DNA of 64,000 nucleotides from Spirochaetia bacterium (GTDB lineage Bacteria > Spirochaetota > Spirochaetia > SZUA-6 > Bin103), in the NCBI GenBank assembly GCA_965203515.1, contig OZ241907.1, forward strand, positions 3,200,001-3,264,000, written 5' to 3'. The notes beneath the pieces were generated by a model, which worked only from the letters and a program-made list of their open reading frames with translations, was not told where the DNA came from and did not search any database. Below, one piece after another: positions 60,409 through 64,000 of this stretch (within the stretch, counting starts at the first letter, position 1; each line of letters starts with the position of its first letter). Made by a program: the position numbers and the translations under genes.

Positions 60409-61440
60409 GTGTGGTACCCTGATGCCGTGCTCGCGACCGAGCGGGTCGGTATCGGCAGGACCGGCGTCACCGTCACCAGGATAGGTTTGGGCGGCGCTCC
60501 GCTGGCCCATCTGCGCACCAAGGCCGGCGACAAGGCCGCGCAGGGGGCGATCGCCGCCGCTTACGAGGCCGGCGTGCGCTACTTCGACACCGCGCCCCGC
60601 TACGGCGCCGGCCTGTCGGAGCAGCGGCTGGGCGAGACGCTGCAGGGCATGCCGCGCGACGAGTTCACGATCTCCACCAAGGTCGGCTTTCTGCTCGACC
60701 CGGCGCAGCCGCCGAGCTCGGGGCGCGGCCACGTGCAGGTCGCCTGCGACTTCTCCCGCCACGCCGTGCTGCGCTCGCTGGAGGAGAGCTGCGCACGGCT
60801 GCGCACCGACCGCATCGACATCGCCCTCATCCATGACCCCGACTACGCGCCGGGCGACCCCGAAGGCGATCCCGGCGCCGCCACCGGCAACCACTTCCGC
60901 GAGGTGATGGAGGGCGCCTATCCGGCGCTGCACGATCTGCGCGCGCAGGGCGTGGTGCGCGCGATCGGCTTGGGCATGAATCAATGGCAGATGCTGCTGG
61001 CCTTCGCGCGCGAGGCGCAATTCGACTGCTTCATGCTGGCCGGCCGCTACACGCTGCTCGATCAGACGGCGCTGCCGAAGTTGATGCCCGCGTGCGCGGA
61101 GCGCGGCATCGCGGTGATCCTGGCATCCGTGTTCAACTCCGGCATCCTGGCCGCCGGTCCGAGCCGCGACGCGACGTTCAACTACTCTCCCGCTCCCGCG
61201 GGGATCAAGGAGCGGACGCGCGGGCTGGAGGCGGTCTGCGCCCGCCATGAGGTGGCGCTGCCGGCCGCCGCGCTGCAATTCCCGCTGGCCCATCCGGCCG
61301 CCGCGGCGGCCGCGGTCGGCGCGCGCGACGCGGCCGAGGTGACGGCCGATCTCGGTCATGCCTCCGCGCGGATACCGCACGCCTTCTGGCGAGAGATCGG
61401 CCAGCGCGAATTGATCGACCCCAACGCCCCTACGCCGTAG
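60409..61440 (+). CDS. Aldo/keto reductase (D-threo-aldose 1-dehydrogenase-like)
   Basis: GLGGAPL, FDTAPRYGAGLSE, ISTKVG, IHDPD, LAGRYTLLDQ. Confidence 0.9.
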   Translation: MWYPDAVLATERVGIGRTGVTVTRIGLGGAPLAHLRTKAGDKAAQGAIAAAYEAGVRYFDTAPRYGAGLSEQRLGETLQGMPRDEFTISTKVGFLLDPAQPPSSGRGHVQVACDFSRHAVLRSLEESCARLRTDRIDIALIHDPDYAPGDPEGDPGAATGNHFREVMEGAYPALHDLRAQGVVRAIGLGMNQWQMLLAFAREAQFDCFMLAGRYTLLDQTALPKLMPACAERGIAVILASVFNSGILAAGPSRDATFNYSPAPAGIKERTRGLEAVCARHEVALPAAALQFPLAHPAAAAAAVGARDAAEVTADLGHASARIPHAFWREIGQRELIDPNAPTP

Positions 61441-61459
61441 CGCGCCACTCCGGTTTCCG

Positions 61460-62632
61460 ATGCAGCGCTTGCGCCTGTTCGTCTTCACCCTGGGCCACTT
61501 CTGCGTCGATTCGTATGCGGCCATGCTCACGCCGGCGTTGCCGTTCGTCCGCGAGCGGCTCGGCCTCACCTTTGCGCAGATCGGTCTGCTCGGCTCCTTC
61601 GTGCAGCTCAGCAACCTGGGCCAGCCGCTGCTGGGCATCCTGGGCGATTACCTGCGCGGCCGCTGGTTGATCTTCGTCGGCCTCGGCTTGGCCGCGGTGT
61701 TCGCGCCGCTGGTCGGCGTGGCCCCCAGCTTCGGCTGGCTGGTGCCCGGCGTGATGCTGGGCGGACTGGGCGTCGCCGCCTTCCACCCCAGCGGCTTCGC
61801 GCTGGCCGGCGACCTCAGCGGTGAGCGCCGCGCGTTCGGGTTGGCCTTGTTCATCTTTGGCGGCACGCTGGCGCTCGGCTTCACGCCGCTGTGGGTGCCG
61901 GCTCTGGTGACCACGCTCGGCATGGGGTGGCTGCCGCTGGCGACGATTCCCGGACTGCTGATGCTGCCGTTCGTGATCGCCGTGGTGCCGGCGCGCACGG
62001 CGCCCCGCTCCGCGCTGCCGGAGCGGGTGGCGGAGTTCCGCCGCGCGATCGCGCCGATCGGCGCGATCGTGGCCGTGGTGATCGTGCGCTCGATCGCCGG
62101 GTTCGGGTTCGCGTTCTTTCTGCCGTTGCTCGGCCAGGAGCGGGGCATGTCGCCGATCGCCTGGGGGCTGGCGCTCAGCGTCTACAACTTGGCCGGGGTG
62201 GTCGGCAGCCTGATCCTGGGCTATCTGGCCGACCGGCGGGATCCCAAGCCGCTGGTGCTGGGGTCGCTGGCGCTGTCGGCGCCGTTCATGCTGCTGGCGC
62301 TGCAGACCGAGGGGTTGGCCACGCTGGCGCTGCTGGCCGGCGGCGGCGTCATGGTATTCGCCACCAACTCGATCCTGGTGGCGATGGCGCAGCAGCACGC
62401 GCCGGCCAACGCCGGCTTCGTCTCCAGCCTGCCGGGCGGCTTCAGTTGGGGCGTGGCCGGGCTCACCATGCCGCTGTTCGGCCTGATCGCCGACGCGGCC
62501 GGCGTGACCGCGGTGATGCGGATCTTGGCGCTGCTGCCGCTGGCCGCGGCGGTGCTCGGCCTGTTGCTGCCGCGGCAGGCGGCGCCGCGGCGGGAGCTGC
62601 GGTCGGCCGGCGCGGAGGCGGCGCGTGGCTGA
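61460..62632 (+). CDS. MFS transporter (Fsr-like)
   Basis: GHFCVDSY, QPLLGILGD, AAFHPSG; about 12 TM helices. Confidence 0.88.
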   Translation: MQRLRLFVFTLGHFCVDSYAAMLTPALPFVRERLGLTFAQIGLLGSFVQLSNLGQPLLGILGDYLRGRWLIFVGLGLAAVFAPLVGVAPSFGWLVPGVMLGGLGVAAFHPSGFALAGDLSGERRAFGLALFIFGGTLALGFTPLWVPALVTTLGMGWLPLATIPGLLMLPFVIAVVPARTAPRSALPERVAEFRRAIAPIGAIVAVVIVRSIAGFGFAFFLPLLGQERGMSPIAWGLALSVYNLAGVVGSLILGYLADRRDPKPLVLGSLALSAPFMLLALQTEGLATLALLAGGGVMVFATNSILVAMAQQHAPANAGFVSSLPGGFSWGVAGLTMPLFGLIADAAGVTAVMRILALLPLAAAVLGLLLPRQAAPRRELRSAGAEAARG

Positions 62633-63779
62633 CGGCCTGACGCTTCGCTACGGCGCCAATCCGCACCAGACCTACGCGCGCGCCGGTCGCACGGGCGGCC
62701 CGCTCCCGTTCGCGGTCCGCAACGGGGCGCCCGGATACGTCAACCTGCTCGATGCGCTGAACGCCTGGCAGCTCGTGCGCGAGCTGCGCGCCGCCACCGG
62801 TCTTGCCGCCGCCGCCTCCTTCAAGCACGTCAGCCCGGCCGGCGCCGCGGTGGCCGTGCCGCTGTCGGAGGCCGAGCGCGCCGCCTGCTTCGCGCCGCGC
62901 GAGCTGAGCCCGCCGGCGACCGCCTGCGCGCGCGCCCGCGGCGCCGACCGCGTCTGTTCCTACGGGGACTGGATCGCGCTCAGCGATCCGGTCGACGAGG
63001 CGACGGCGCGCCTGATCCGGCCGGAGGTGTCCGACGGCATCATCGCCCCCGGCTACGCGCCGGCCGCGCTGGAACTGCTGGCGGCCAAGAAGGGCGGCGG
63101 CTACCACGTGTTGGAGATCGATGCCGCCTATCGGCCGCCGCCGGTGGAGCGTCGCATGGTGTTCGGCGTGACCCTGGAGCAGTCCCGCAACGACCGCGCC
63201 TTCGACGTGGAGGCGCTGACGGCGGCCGGCCTGCCGGCGGAGGCGGCGCGCGATCTCACGGTCGGCCTGATCGCGCTCAAGTACACGCAATCCAACTCGG
63301 TCTGCCTGTGCGCGCGGGGGCAGACGATCGGCGTGGCCGCCGGGCAGCAGTCGCGCATCCACTGCACGCGGCTTGCCATCGCCAAGGCGCGCACGTGGCT
63401 GCTGCGCCAGCATCCGCAGGCGCTCGCGCTGCGCTTCCGGCGCGGCGTGCGCCGGGCGGATCGGGATACCGCGATCGCCTGTTACGTGGAGCGGGGTCTG
63501 AGCGGCGCGGGCGGCCGGGCGCTGGCGGGCCATCTGCAGGAACGGCCCGAGCCGATCGCCGCGGACGACGAGCGGCGCTGGATCGGCCGCTTTCCGGCGC
63601 TCGGCCTCTGCTCGGACGGGTTCTTCCCGCACCGCGACAATGTCGACGCAGCCGGCGCGTTCGGCGTGCGCTACATCGCCCAGCCCGGCGGCTCGGCCTT
63701 CGACGCCGACGTGGAGGAGGCATGCCGCGAATACGGCATCGTCATGGTCAAGACCGGCGTGCGCCTCTTCCACCACTGA
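62625..63779 (+). CDS. AICAR transformylase, stand-alone (PurH C-terminal domain only)
   Basis: LRYGANPHQ, NLLDALNAWQL, SFKHVSPAG, KYTQSNSV, QQSRIHC, SDGFFP, QPGGS, RLFHH. Confidence 0.9.
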   Translation: MADGLTLRYGANPHQTYARAGRTGGPLPFAVRNGAPGYVNLLDALNAWQLVRELRAATGLAAAASFKHVSPAGAAVAVPLSEAERAACFAPRELSPPATACARARGADRVCSYGDWIALSDPVDEATARLIRPEVSDGIIAPGYAPAALELLAAKKGGGYHVLEIDAAYRPPPVERRMVFGVTLEQSRNDRAFDVEALTAAGLPAEAARDLTVGLIALKYTQSNSVCLCARGQTIGVAAGQQSRIHCTRLAIAKARTWLLRQHPQALALRFRRGVRRADRDTAIACYVERGLSGAGGRALAGHLQERPEPIAADDERRWIGRFPALGLCSDGFFPHRDNVDAAGAFGVRYIAQPGGSAFDADVEEACREYGIVMVKTGVRLFHH

Positions 63780-63828
63780 TCCGCTGGCAGCCGTGCAGGG
63801 CGGACGGTTTGCCCATGGGGCGCGTGAT

Positions 63829-63999
63829 CTACTCGGCGTCTCCGGCCAGCAACAGCGCCAGCTCGGCCATTCGGTGGGAGAAGCCGACCTCGTTGTCGTA
63901 GAAGCTGGTCGCCTTCACCAGGGTGCCGCCGCCGGCCGGGACGGCCAGCAGGTCGTCGCGTATCATCGACGAGTAGGGCTCGCCCACGCAGTCGCGCGA
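63829..63999 (-). CDS. Glyceraldehyde-3-phosphate dehydrogenase family, C-terminal end (partial)
   Basis: Manual translation SRDCVGEPYSS..TLVKATSFYDNEVGFSHRMAEL*, matching the GAPDH VK..WYDNE.G.S.R motif. Confidence 0.75.
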   Translation of the reverse strand, partial: SRDCVGEPYSSMIRDDLLAVPAGGGTLVKATSFYDNEVGFSHRMAELALLLAGDAE

Positions 64000-64000
64000 G

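Overview
GC-rich bacterial window with three zones. (1) 1-25.5 kb, housekeeping and metabolism: DMT transporter, CHAD protein, a ribonucleotide reductase whose beta subunit has the Mn/Fe class Ic (R2c) signature, a MutY-like glycosylase lacking the Fe-S motif, YpdA, AKR, RecD2, a frameshifted SelA-like enzyme, an AAA-ATPase/DUF3226-like/nucleotidyltransferase operon (candidate defence), LLM oxidoreductase, 2-oxoacid:ferredoxin oxidoreductase, an M30-type lipoprotein protease, and a glucuronokinase-like kinase plus nucleotidyltransferase. (2) 25.6-57.1 kb, a surface-polysaccharide locus (epimerase, MurJ-like flippase, methyltransferase, GT2/GT4s, AsnB, Wzy, Wza-like, Wzc/Wzz-like) heavily interleaved with six intact Rpn/YhgA-type genes of two subfamilies. 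All six share one C-terminal tail, each has an internal RBS+ATG predicting a small RpnS, and their 12-bp repeat numbers vary. The locus also holds a repeated 'leader - membrane coiled-coil gene - Rpn' cassette in tandem and deleted forms, remnants of SIR2, IS and AAA-ATPase genes, pyrF and a HigBA-type TA pair. (3) 57.1-64 kb, housekeeping again. No rRNA, tRNA, CRISPR array or reverse transcriptase was recognised. All family calls come from motif recognition by eye, not database searches.
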